This document shows positions 38,201-50,775 of a DNA stretch of 64,000 bases, in pieces. Each line of letters starts with the position of its first letter. Position 1 is the stretch's first letter. The DNA comes from Octopus sinensis (Eukaryota): NCBI RefSeq assembly GCF_006345805.1, contig NW_021833455.1:1-64000 (forward strand). Direction: 5' to 3'. The position numbers were made by a program, and so were the translations under genes. The notes under the pieces are model-generated. The model did no database searches and had not been told where the DNA came from. It was given only the letters and a program-made list of their open reading frames with translations.

Positions 38201-39158
38201 CTGAGGATATGCGTAAGCTCGCTAGAAATGAAGCCAGTATGCTCCGATGGATGTGTAATGCCGGTACTCACACTCGGCAGAGTGTAAGTACCTTGAGAGA
38301 AAAGCTGGACCTAAGAAGCATCAGTTGTGGTGTGCAAGAGAGACGTTTGCGCTGGTATGGTCATGTGGCGAGAATGGATGAAGATAGTTGTGTGAAAAAG
38401 TGCCACACCCTAGCGGTTGAGGGAACCTGTGGGAGAGGCAGACCCAGGAAAACCTGGGACGAGGTGGTGAAGCACGACCTTCGAACTTTAGGTCTCACTG
38501 AGGAAATGACTAGAGACCGAGACCTCTGGAAGTGTGCTGTGCGCGAGAAGACCCGGCAGGACAAGTGAGTCCATAACCCGTGGCCTTCTACATGGGATGG
38601 AGCCAGCCTACGTATGCATACCTTCCCTTCTTGGGACACAAAACTCTACTTGTGAAGACGTGATGAGGCAAGTGAGGATCAGAATCGAAATCGATCAATG
38701 GAAATTGCGGATGTGCTACCAATGCCGGTGGCATGTAAAAACTCTGCTTGTGAAGACCCGTTGAGGCAAGTGACGATCAGAATCGAAATCGATCAATGGA
38801 AATTGCAGATGTGTTACCAGTGCCGGTGGCATGTAAGAGAACTTTCCGTTTCGCGACCGTTGCCACCGCCGCCCGTTCGTGTCCGTTGCCAGCCTCGCCT
38901 GGCCCTCGTGCCGGTGGCACATAAAAAGCACCATCCGTTCGTGGCCGTTGCCGCTCTGTCTGGCACCAGTGCGGGTGGCACGTAAAAAGCACCCACTACA
39001 CTCACAGAGTGGTTGGCGTTAGGAAGGGCATCCAGCCGTAGAAACACTGCAGATTTGACTGGGCCTGATGAAGCCTTCTGGCTTCACAGACCCCAGTAGA
39101 ACCGTCCAACCCATGCTAGCATGGAAAACGGACGCTAAACGATGATGATGATGATGAT
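35218..39158 (+). mobile_element. Near full-length RTE-clade non-LTR retrotransposon
   Basis: Single-ORF architecture APE + RT, 3'UTR with tandem modules and a (GAT)n tail; 5' boundary uncertain. Confidence 0.93.
35390..38568 (+). pseudogene. RTE polyprotein (AP endonuclease, reverse transcriptase, PHD-like finger), broken by 3 frameshifts
   Basis: GTLNV, DICCMQE, AGDFNGH and SQIDYIL (APE); NYRGIKLL, QFGF, DMEKAFD, GVHQGSVLSP and LYADD (RT); frameshifts near 36378, 36800 and 37812. Confidence 0.95.
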
Positions 39159-39592
39159 AGATATATATATGGATGTGTGTGTGTGTATATGTTGTGTGTC
39201 TGTGTTTGTCCCTCTCGCATTGCTTGTGTGTTTACGTCCCCGTCACTTAGCGGTTCAGCAAAGAGACCGATAGAATAAGTACTGGGCTTACAAAGAATAA
39301 GTCCCGGGGTCGATTTGCTCGACTAAATGCGGTGCTCCAGCATGGCTGCAGTCAAATGACTGAAACAAGTAAAAGAGTAAAGCCATACCAAGAAAAAAGG
39401 GGAACCTACCTCAAATTGCTAGCATCAACAAAAATAATTAAGGATGTTTTTACATATTAGATGCAGGATCTGTGTTTCCTTATTTCCTTTCCTCCAAACT
39501 GAAGAAACAGTCTCCTTGAGCAAAGAGATACATTTGGTTGTGTTGAAGAAATTATAGAATTGTTGCTCAGTTTCACTTCATCTCAGACTACT

Positions 39593-39825
39593 AAGGCGGC
39601 GAGCTGGCAGAAACGTTAGCACGCCAGGCGAAATGCATAGCCGTATTTCATCTGTCGTTACGTTCTGAGTTCAAATTCCGCCGAGGTCGACTTTGCCTTT
39701 CATCCTTTCGGGGTCGATAAATTAAGTACCAGTTACACATTGGGGTCGATGTAATCGACTTAATACCTATGTCTGTCCTTGTTTGTCCTCTCTGTGTTTA
39801 GCCCCTTGTGGGTAATAAAGAAAAA
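39593..39825 (+). mobile_element. SINE family A, full copy
   Basis: Near-identical to the 8221 copy. Confidence 0.85.
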
Positions 39826-40677
39826 GGTATCTAGGACTACACTGGCTAAAGTGTTCCTTCTTTTCAAGACTGGTTTGATTTGAGTATGACTTGAATACCA
39901 ATTCTACTCAGGTGACTTATTACATTAGCAGCAGCAGAGACAAGTACCTGATGTATCAGTAATAAATTAATGAAATTGATAATGGCAGAAAAATAAGCAA
40001 TATGCCAATGTTGCATAACTGGCACCTGTGCCAGTGGCACATAATAAGCACCTTTCAAACTTTGGGCCTTGCAGAGGCAGTGCCAAGTGACCGAGACCTT
40101 TGGCAATTTTATTGTGCTTGCAAAGACCTGTCAGGCCAAGTGAGATCACAGTCATGGCCAATACTGGTGACTGGCACCCATGCCAGTGGCGTGGAACTCT
40201 TTGAGTGGTTGGCATCCAGCGGCAGTAACCATGCCAAATCAGATTGGAACCTGGTGAAGCTCCCCAGCTTACCAGTTTTCAGTGAAACAGTCCAACCCAT
40301 GCCAGCTTGGAAAACGGACATTAAATAGAGATGATGATGATGATGATGATGACACACTTCTTTGCTTTCATCATTTAAACATCTGTCTATCAACATTTAG
40401 TCTGTTGATTGTGCTTTCAATAGAGTGTACGGTTATTTAAAAAGTAGGGGACATTTGAATGTACAAACAATACAAATACACAACAATTTACACTTCTTAC
40501 TGCAACTCATTAACCTAAAGCAGTGGCAGGTAGCGACACCTGGTGACCAATCCACTGCCAAGGATTGAAACAGATGGAGATCTCTTGTTGATGTCTTATA
40601 TTCCAAGTGGTGTCAAAGGAATTAAGAAGTCTCTAAATTAGTGGTTCATAAACCAGGGGTCTGTAAATTCAAAATTT

Positions 40678-40709
<32 letters not shown>

Positions 40710-41135
40710 CATACACGACAGGCTTCTTTCAGTTTCCATCTACAAAATCCACTCACAACGCTTTGGTCGGCCCAAGGCTATGGTAGAAGACACTTGCCCT
40801 AGGTGTCACACAGTGAAACTGAACCCATAACCATGTCATTGGAAAGCAAGCTTCTTACCACACAGCCACTCCTGTGCCTATATATATATATATATATATA
40901 TATACTCTTTATCTTTTATTAAACTTTTAATACTTTTGATATATATTTAAAATAATATAAATTAAATTAATTTTATGTATTGGCTTATGTTTTTCATTGT
41001 TTGATTTGCCTAATAGTGGTTTTATCTCTAATTTAATATAATATAATATATTTATACTATAAAATTGGATTTAATCCTAAATCTGATTTTTCCCTGTAAG
41101 TTTGGATTTATTCCCTAATATTTTATTATATATTT

Positions 41136-41178
<43 letters not shown>

Positions 41179-42038
41179 AAAGGATAAGCATACTAAAAGG
41201 AGACTGTGAGAAAACTCATTTAAATAAAAGGGACCCTTGGTAGTAAAAAGGTTGGAAACCACTGCTCTAAACCCTTCTCATTTTAATTCTCCCATTCACT
41301 TCTCCTCTCTGCTGCTGTTCATCTTTTTCTGCTGTTTGTTGTTTGACCGCCCCCCCCCCCCTCTTCCTGCCACAGAATCTCAGAAACATTAGCACACTGG
41401 GCGAAATACTTGGCAGTATTTCATCTGCCGCTACGTTCTGAGTTGAAACTCCGCCGAGGTCGACTTTGTCTTTCATCCTTTGGGGGGTGGGGTGCGATTA
41501 AATAAGTACCAGTTACACACTGGGGTCGATATAATCGACAATCTGTTTGTCTGTCTTTGTTTGTCCCCTCTATGGGCAATAAAGAAATAAGAATGATTCC
41601 TTTTACCATTTACCTTTCCCTTGTTTCAGTTATGTGACTCTGGCCATGCTGGGGCTGAAGAAAATTTAGCTGAAGGAATTAATCCCAGTCCTGATTTTTT
41701 AATGCCTGGTCTCTTTTGCTGAACTGCTAAGTTATGGGAGACATAAGCACACCAACACTTGTTGTCAAGCAGTTGTCGGGGTCAAACAGTTACAAAGATA
41801 TATACACACATAGGTATATATAAATATACAGGCTTCTTTCAGTTTCCATCTACCAAATTCACTCACAATTCTTTGGTTGGCCCAAGGTGCCAAGCAGTGG
41901 GGCCGAACTTGGAACCCTGTAGTTGGGAAACAAACTTCTTATCACACAACCATGCCTGTGCCTCCACACCGCTACACTTGACCGTTTCAGGAAATAAAAA
42001 CACTTTATTAATCATTGCAAGTAGACAATTCTCCTTAC

Positions 42039-42140
42039 CAATACTGATGAACTGCTCTCACTTAGGGGCTCATGAGACAGACTCCTTTGGATCACAAAAT
42101 TTGCCTTGTTCTGCAGAACATTTTGAAGAATAATTTTTCT
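42039..42140 (-). CDS. Unidentified - strand gene, exon (RKIILQNVLQNKANFVIQRSLSHEPLSESSSSVL)
   Basis: Very strong pyrimidine tract plus CAG, donor |GTAAGG; 102 nt, only phase 0 is open. Confidence 0.8.
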
Positions 42141-42445
42141 CTGCCAAAAAAAGAAAAAAGAAAAAGAATCAGACACTTATTCAGGATTAATAAAATATAA
42201 AATGGTTTAATATTCTTGTTTGTTTTACGCATTAGAGTGAATGCCAAATATGACTGTCACCTTCAAGATGGTATCACAAATTTTTAATGATTCAAAAGAA
42301 TACATCAATAACAATACTGAAGATTATTCAGTTCCAGGAAACCATTCCAAATGATAGCAGATCCAAGATGTTTGCCAGTTAGTTACAATAAAGAGGAATT
42401 GAAAATCTGAGATAATTTTATTAGTTCTTTTGTCAAATGTAATTC

Positions 42446-43125
42446 TTTTATTCTTTTACTTGTTTCAGTCATTTGACTGTGGCCATGCTGGAGCACTGCC
42501 TTTAGTCAAAGGCAGACTCTAGGACTTATTCTTTGTAAGCCTAGTACTTATTCTATCAGTCTCTTTTGCTGAACCGCTAGGTTTCGGGGACGTAAATACA
42601 CCAACATCGGTTGTCAAGAGCCGGCGGTGGGGATATGACAACAAACAGACACACATAAATATATAAGCACCATTCAAACAAGGCCGATGCCAGTGACCCC
42701 TGACTGGCTCCCGTGGCAGAGGCACGTAAAAAAGCACCATCTGAATGTGATTGATGCCAGGGCTGCCCGACTGGCTCCAGTGCCGGTGGCACATAAAAAG
42801 CGCTAACTGAATACAATCAATGCCAGGCCCGCCTGACAGGGTCCTGTGCCACTGGCACGTAAAAGACACGCACTACACTCTCAGAGTGGTTCGCATTAAG
42901 AAGGGCATCCAGCTGTAGAAACATTGCCAGATCAGATTGGAGCCTGGTGCAGCCACATGGAAAACAGATGTTAAACGATGATGATGTATATGAAAGGTTT
43001 CTTTCAGTTTCCGTCTACCAAATCCACTCAGAAGGCTTTGGTCAGCCCGAGGCTATAGTAGAAGACACTTGCCTGAAGTGCCACACAGTGAGACTGAACC
43101 TGGAACCATGTGGTTGGGAAGCACA
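42446..43125 (-). mobile_element. Family B SINE with an RTE 3' end inserted in its central tract
   Basis: SINE tail at 42446-42660, RTE tail modules on + at about 42660-42988, SINE head at 42990-43125. Confidence 0.8.
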
Positions 43126-46100
43126 CATGTATATCGCGATCCAATAACTGTTCACTTTCCTGACTTTTGTACATAATTCTATGTACTGTACATGCATTTT
43201 TGGTGAGTTGTGCACCTGAACACTATACACAATAATTTCATTATTATTATTATTATTAAGAAAGAGAGAGAGAGAGCAGTAAATGCCATCAAAGTGACAC
43301 TGGGCTGCAATTATATGAAGCCCAATATACTCATCATGTCTACCTGTCTGATAAGGGTACACCAGCCATATGCATCACAACCATATGTGCATGATCTCAT
43401 ATCAAGATAAACAGCACATGACTTTGCAGGTAGGGCCCAGTTAGAATTTTCTTCAGGTCGAGTAGCTTAGCCCACGCAAAAGGTCCCTGAATAAGGTTTG
43501 TTTACGGATGATGAACGAAACACCTATGTTTCCAGAGGTGAATTATCCAAACCCCAAAGAATCTCTCTCAACACATAACTATGATGCTCCCCCACTACTT
43601 CTGCTCGTGATCAGAGATGCACATATCGTCAGCCACTAAGGGACATGCTCAACTGGTTAAGGTCAAACAACTGACAAGCAAATCTGTGGTATTGAGCAGA
43701 ATATTTGCTGTAGCCCATCTTTTATACCAAGACAAAACAATGTACATGATAACACTTCTAGTCAGTTAAGATCAGAAGCCACAAGAGCCACTGCCTGGTA
43801 CTGCATCAGGGCATTTATTATCATTATTATTATTATTATTATTATCATTATTATTATCATTCTTCTTCTTATAATTATTATTATCATTCTTCTTCTTATA
43901 ATTATTATAATCATTATTAATCTTAGTCACAATTTATGTTCCTGATTTTGCTAAATTCTTTGTTATATTTAAAATTAATTGAAAGAAACACAGAGCATCT
44001 CAAAGGGAACTCAGGGAATAGCATCCCTGCCTTCCTGAGCTAGTTTTCCACTGCATTTCTTAAAAATCATGATAGAGGCCTTGGTCTCGGGACCGCTCAT
44101 GTCTAGAAACTGAGGTTGGAGGTATGCAAGGGCATGCTCCCCATAGAAAATCCAGCTCAAAAAAAGCCTCATGATAGCAGAGGAGAATGGGCACCTGCCA
44201 GCCCAAAGGTTGGGGTCAGTTGCACCTGCCTACCTTGGTTGCTATGGCATTGAGGTAGATCCAGCCACCCCACATCAACAGGGACAAAACCCAGATTTAA
44301 AACACTGGATGATGATGATGATGATGATGATAAGAAATGAAAGACAAGCCATCCTTCGATTGAAGGATGATGACTTATTCAGAATTGAGTGCCAAAGGGA
44401 AGTTTTGTTTATGAAGGGCTTCTTTCAGTTTCTGTCAACTAAATCCACGAACAAGGCTTTGGTTAGCCCAAAGCTTAAGCAGAAGATACTTGCTCAAGGT
44501 GCCACAATGTAGGACTGAACTCAGAACCATGTGGGTGGGAAGTAAATTTCTAACCACATTAGCTCTTGTGCTGGTAACATGTGAAAAGCACCATTGGAGC
44601 ATGATCGTTGCCAGCGTCGCCTTACTGGCACATGTGACAGTGGAACGTAAAAAACAACATTTGAGTGTGGTCGTTGCCAGTGCTGCCAGACTGGCTCCTG
44701 TGCAAGTAACACGTAAAAAAAAACCTTTTGAGCATAGTCATTGCCAGAACCGCCTGACTGGCCCTCATGCCGGTGGCACGTAAAAGCACCCACTACACTC
44801 TCAGAGTGGTTGGCATTAGGAAGGGCATCCAGCTGTAGAAACTTTGCCAGATCAGATTGAGCCTCGTGCAGCCTCTGGCTCACCAGTCCTCAGTCAAACC
44901 GTCCAACCCATGCCAGCATGGAAAGTGGACATTAAACAATGATGATGATGATGATGCAGTCATACCCGCCCCTGGGGGTTGGGTAGCAAATGTATGAAAT
45001 GCAGAGTCAAGCATGGAGAGAAATTTTCAGTCAAAATCCATCCAACTTGAATGGAAATAGGCAATTGGAATGAAATTAAAATGTGGTTCAGCAGTTCAGT
45101 CCCACTGCTTGGTACTTCAGGTAAATGTCCGTTGCCTGTAGTCCCTGGTTGATTAATGCTTTTGATGGATGGAGTCTGTGAGGAAGCCTTTTGTGTGTGT
45201 GTGCCCCCACCTTGACAACTGGCGTTAGTGTCCTCATAACTTCAACAAGAGACAGATAGTAGTACCAAGCTTTGAAAAAATTAGGACTGGGGTCAATTTA
45301 TTTGACTAAAATCCTTCAAGACAATGCCCCAGCATGACCACAGGCCAATGAATGAAACAAGTAAAAAAAAAATAAAAGATGATAAAATCTAGGAGTGTCC
45401 ACAAAGCAGTCTTTTTCTTGCTTAACAACAGAGAAAAATGCAAAAAATTCCTCCCATCAGAAATAGTTGCAATAATTATGGTGAAAAATCCAGTTTTCTG
45501 ACCCAGTAACAATGATACAATTTTAACCTAGATTTGTAAGCAACACAGAAACCTTCTTGTTCCAGTTCTTGTTTCAATTGCAAGAAGCTACGCACATCTC
45601 AACAATCATTCCAAAATAAAGGTCATATGACATTAATATCAAATATATAAACAACATAGATGTATAAACAGGTGCAGGTGTGTGGTAAGAAACTTGCTTC
45701 CCAACCACGTGGTTCCGGGTTCAGTTCCACTCTGTGACACCTTGGGCAAGTGTCTTCCACTATAGTTTCAGGCTGGCTAAAGCCTTATGAGTGGATTTGG
45801 TAGATGGAAACTGAAAGAAGCCCATTGTATATAATATGTGTGTGTGTGTTTGTTCTCCACAACCACTTGATGACTGGTGTTGGTCTGTTTACGTCCCCGT
45901 AACGTAGCAGTCCAGCAAAAGAGACCGACAGAATAAGTACAGGTTAACAAAAAAAAAAAAAAATTACTGTCTGAGTACTCCATAGACCTGCACACCCTTA
46001 ACGGTTTTAGGGGGAGATCCAGCCTTGACACAGCATGTGACAAGGCTGGACCCCTTTGAATTACAGATACAACTCATTTTTGCCAGCTGAGCAGTCTGGA

Positions 46101-46256
46101 GCAGCGTGAAATGAAGTGTCTTGCTCAAGGACACATTGAACTCCCAACTTTATGATTGTAAGCTGAATAACCCTAACAACTAAGCCACAAGCATTAACAC
46201 TAAACACACACATACATACACACACACATGCATGCATGCACACACACACACACACA

Positions 46257-46301
<45 letters not shown>

Positions 46302-46467
46302 AGTAGCTTGTAATCAAATCTATTAAGCTTTAAGCCTAATCTTTTCTTTTCAAACAACCACTAAAAAATAATCTTCATTTCAATAAAGTCTCTCTTGGTT
46401 TTAATACACAAAATATACACAAGAAGTGTGTACTGAACACTTTCTTTTACCCATACACAACCATAAC

Positions 46468-46534
<67 letters not shown>

Positions 46535-46746
46535 ACGCATATATATATATTTATGCTGGTATGTTGATGCAAACAGCAAAAATAGAATTCAAATTATGAG
46601 TATATGGATATTTTTATTAATATTTAGCAGAAGCAATAGAGTGACTCAAGGTCCGCGAGTTTCGTGCATCGGCACTTATCAAACTCTATTACTTCTGTTC
46701 AATATATATATATATATATACACATATATATATATATATATATATA

Positions 46747-46988
46747 TTGGGTTGGTGCTTAATTATTGCGGCTTTTTTTCAAAAAAAACAAAAAACAATA
46801 ATAATATTTAACAAAAACATCTTTAAATGACAGTCTGACTGTCTGCCAAGCAAATGGGAAGCAGTAATTGAAGTAGATGGTGAATATGCTCCAGAATAAT
46901 CATTTAAAGATGTTTTTGTTACATGTTATTGATTTTGTTGAATAAAATTTATTGAAAAAAAAGCCGCAATAATTATGCACCAACCCAA
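46747..46988. mobile_element. Palindromic mariner-derived MITE, 242 bp
   Basis: 33-bp TIRs (1 mismatch) flanked by TA, arms extend to about 85 bp; the centre encodes a mariner transposase C-terminus, LPSKWEAVIEVDGEYAPE*. Confidence 0.92.
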
Positions 46989-47086
46989 TATATATATATA
47001 ATATATATATATATTGAACAGAAGTAATAGTATATATATATATATAAATGTGTGTGTGTGTGTGTGTGTACATACATATATAATCT

Positions 47087-47801
47087 CATCATCACCATTG
47101 TATAACGTCAGCTTTCAATGCTGGCATGGATTGGACAGTTTGACTGAGGTCTGGAGAGTCAGAAGGCTGCACCAGGCTCCAGTCTGATCTGGCAGTGTTT
47201 CTACAGCTGGATGCCCTTCCTAACGCCAACCACTCTGAGAGTGTAGTGGGTGTTTTTTACATGCCACCTGCACAAGGGCCAGTCCAGCAGCACTGGCAAT
47301 GACCTTGCTTGAATGTTTTGTTCATGTGCCACCAGCACAAGTGCCAGTAGGCGACGCTGGTAGCAGTCACGCTTGAATGGTGCCTTTTACGTGCCACTGG
47401 CACGGAAGCCAGTTTGCTGCTCTGGTAACGATCATGCTTGGATGGTGCTCTTAGTGCTCCACTAGCATGGATACCAGTCATCGAATTTGATTTCTATTTA
47501 CCTTGCCTCAACAGGTCTTCGCAAGCAGAGCTTAGTGTGCAATGAAGGAAAGGTACACATAAGTGGGCTGGTTACACCCCTGGCATAGACCACAGGGTTA
47601 TGGTCTCACTTGGGCTAGGCGAGTCTTCCCACGCACAGCATATTTCCAAAGGTCTCAGTCACTAGTCATTGCCTTGGTGAGGTCTAATGTTCAAAGGTTG
47701 TGATTCACCACCTTATCCCAGGTCTTCCTGGGTCTACCTCTTCCACAGGTTCCCACAACCGCTAAGGTGTGGCACTTTTTCACACAGCTATCCTCATCCA
47801 C
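47087..47801 (-). mobile_element. 5'-truncated RTE copy reaching into the end of the ORF
   Basis: Matches the end of the RT ORF (MDEDSCVKKCHTLAV..CGRGRPRKTW) through the 3'UTR to the (GAT)n tail. This shows that the many short CATCATC-GTTTAACG... repeats (e.g. 21443, 29342, 33424, 40020, 44575, 48700, 53460, 63024) are truncated RTE ends. Confidence 0.88.
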
Positions 47802-47944
47802 ATATACATATATGTATGTGTGTATATGTATAGTTTAGGACATCACACAAATATATATATATATATATATACATGCCCATACACACACAAACATATGCAT
47901 TTATGTACTCATACACAAATCCACACACACACATTATTTACACA

Positions 47945-48049
47945 TTATGTTTGTTGTTAACACGTTTCGGCTGATATACCCTCCACCCTTCATCAGGTGT
48001 CTTGGGGAAATTTCGAAACCTGGGTTCTCATTCCTAAGGTATTTTTCAA

Positions 48050-48093
<44 letters not shown>

Positions 48094-48420
48094 TCACTAC
48101 CTGGAACCGAACTCGGAATCTTAGGGTTAGTAGCCCGTGCTCCTAACCACTACGCCATATGCCCATGGGCTCTTAACCCAAGATTCTGAGTTCGATTCCA
48201 AGCAGTGAACATAATAATAATAATAAAAATAATAATAATAACAACATCGAAAAATAGCTTAGGAATGAGAATCCAGGTTCAAAATTTCCCCAAGACATTT
48301 GATGAAGGCTGGAGGATATATCAGCTGAAACGTTGTGTTAACAGCAAACAAAATGAGGACAAATATCCACCAAATGTAAATAATATAAATAACTCCTCAT
48401 CTCTTAGATATAGAACTGTA
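47945..48420. mobile_element. Head-to-head inverted pair of family F SINEs
   Basis: Full - strand copy (47945-48166) joined at CCCATGGG to a 5'-truncated + strand copy (48166-48420). Confidence 0.85.
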
Positions 48421-48848
48421 ATACACACACACACACACATATATATGCATGCAACTTCATCCTCATATGCACATAGGTGTATGCTTACATATATATTAGA
48501 CATTTATACATATAAATACACGCATCTATTGTCATAATAGCCGATGAGAATGCATCGTAGCTCTTAGCTCCAGCATTTGTCCTATTATGACAATTTACTG
48601 ATTGTCCTAAACTATACATATATAAATTCCTCTATTTACCTAATATCACGGTCTCATTCTTTTGTTGTCTATTATTATTATTATTATTATTATTATCATT
48701 CATCATAATCATTTAACGTCCATTTTCCGTGCTAGCATGGGTTGGCCGGTTCGACCGGTGTCTGGGAAGCCAGGAGGCTGCACCAGGCTCCAGTCTGATC
48801 TGGCAGTGTTTCTACAGCTGGATGCCCTTCCTAACGCCAACCACTCCG

Positions 48849-48904
<56 letters not shown>

Positions 48905-49393
48905 TGGTTGTCTACTCCTTATGCAGAGTTTGGCCACCTCCGGTACCTACACCTTAGAACCATCATGGCATCTGATGTGGCTTTTTAAACCAGGCAATGT
49001 TCTGAAAAGACACCCACACAGATTGCACATCCGATTTGGACTACCAAGAGCTGCTGATTTTTGTGGATCTTAAAATGATTTTTGAGGCCTCTGTTAGATT
49101 TGCAGACCTGGCATACATTGCATTGAAAGGAGTGCACAGACATATAGACAGAATAGTAGGTGGAGGTTTGTTTCCCATGGGTTCACAAATGAGATTTGAG
49201 CCCAGAATGTATAGAGGTGGAATAAATAACCACAAGGCATTTTTTTCTGATGTTCTAACAATTCTGACAGCTAACTCAGGAGAAAATAGTGTAAAATGGG
49301 TCAGAAACCAGCAATAAGTCAAATAAAGTGAAACAACAATGGCTGTCATATGTACATACACACACACACACACATGTGCGTATATGTGTGTGT

Positions 49394-49774
49394 GGAGGCG
49401 CAATGGCCTAGTGGTTAGGGCAGCGGACTCGTGGTCAAAGGATCTCAGTTTCGATTCCCAGGCCGAGCATTGTGAGTGTTTATTGAGCAAAAATACTTAA
49501 AAGCTCCACGAGGCTCCAGCAAGGGCTGGTAGCAAACCCTGTTGTACTCTTTCATCACAACTTTCTCTCACTCTTTCTTCCTGTTTCTGTTGTACCTGTA
49601 TTTCAAAGGGGCCAGTCTTGTCACACTCTGTGTCACGCTGAATTTTCCCGAGAACTACGTTAAGGGTACACGTGTCTGTGGAGTACTCAGCCACTTGCAC
49701 GTTAATTTCACGAGCAGGCTGTTCCGTTGATCAGATCAACTGGAACCCTCGTCGTCGTACCTGATGGAGTGCCA
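49394..49774 (+). mobile_element. tRNA-derived SINE family H
   Basis: GGAGGCGCAATGGCCTAGTGGTTAGGGCAGCGGACTC...TTCGATTCCC head; second copy on - at 60251-60560 and fragments near 5390 and 46000. Confidence 0.85.
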
Positions 49775-50199
49775 TAGTAATATGCGCGCGTGCGTGTGAC
49801 TAACCTGGGTTATCTGATACCACAAGCAATATTTCCTATTTAATGTTACTTATTAGTGATAAATTATTAAGTTTCAAAATGAATGTTAGCCATGGTATGT
49901 TTGATTTGCTAAGTTTTTACAATAATCAAAGACTTTAATAACAAATAAATGTATTTCATGAATTCATTTTTGGATATATTAATATCTGTATATCAGCTTG
50001 TTAAATAAAATATTTCTTTACAACTACCCTCAATATAAATAAATTTGAAAATGAATATTACAGTTGTAAGCACAAATAAAAAAATCAATAAAATTTCATT
50101 ATTTAATATAACACCTTAAAATTTATCCCCAAAAAAAAGCGATTATATTTTTACATAAAATTTTTTGTAAATATGTTGGAGTTGAAAGTAAAATATTTC

Positions 50200-50775
50200 A
50201 CTTGTATCAGTTTCCAATTTTAGTACAAGGCCAGCAGTTCTGGATGAGGGAATAAATTGATTACATCAAACCTGGTACTCAATTGGGACTAATTTTATCA
50301 ACCCCGAAAGGGATGATAAGTGAAGTTGGCCTCAGCGGAATTTGAACTCAAAATGTAAAAAAAAAAAAAAAGCTAAAATGCTGTAAGGCATTTTGCCCAG
50401 GGTGCTAACAATTCTTTTCTACTCTAGGCACAAGGCCTCAAATTTTGGGGGACGGAGCCAGTTATGGCTAGATTGGCCCCAGTACACAACTGGTACTTAA
50501 TTTATCGACCCCGAAAGCATAAAAGGCAACGTCGACCTTGGTGGAATTTGAACTCAGAACATAAAAACAGACAAAATACCGCTAAGCATTTTGCCCGGCA
50601 TATTAACAATTCTGCCAGCTCGCCACCTTAACTGAGAGAAAATATTCTTTTCTACTACGGGCACAAGGCCCAAAACTTTTTGGGAGGGGGTCAGTTGGTG
50701 AAATTTGAACTCAGAACATAAAAACAAACGAAATACTGTTAAGCATTTCGCCCAGCATGCTAACAATTCTGCCCC
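50200..50775 (-). mobile_element. Cluster of three partial family A SINEs
   Basis: Repeated GAATTTGAACTCAGAAC...GCATTTTGCCC segments. Confidence 0.8.

Noticed and set aside
39410-39498. Good acceptor and GTAGGT donor pair on the - strand
   Set aside because: Stops in all three frames; no further support.
35417-40396. Antisense and off-frame ORFs over the RTE and its 3'UTR
   Set aside because: Shadow ORFs of the GC-richer retroelement.
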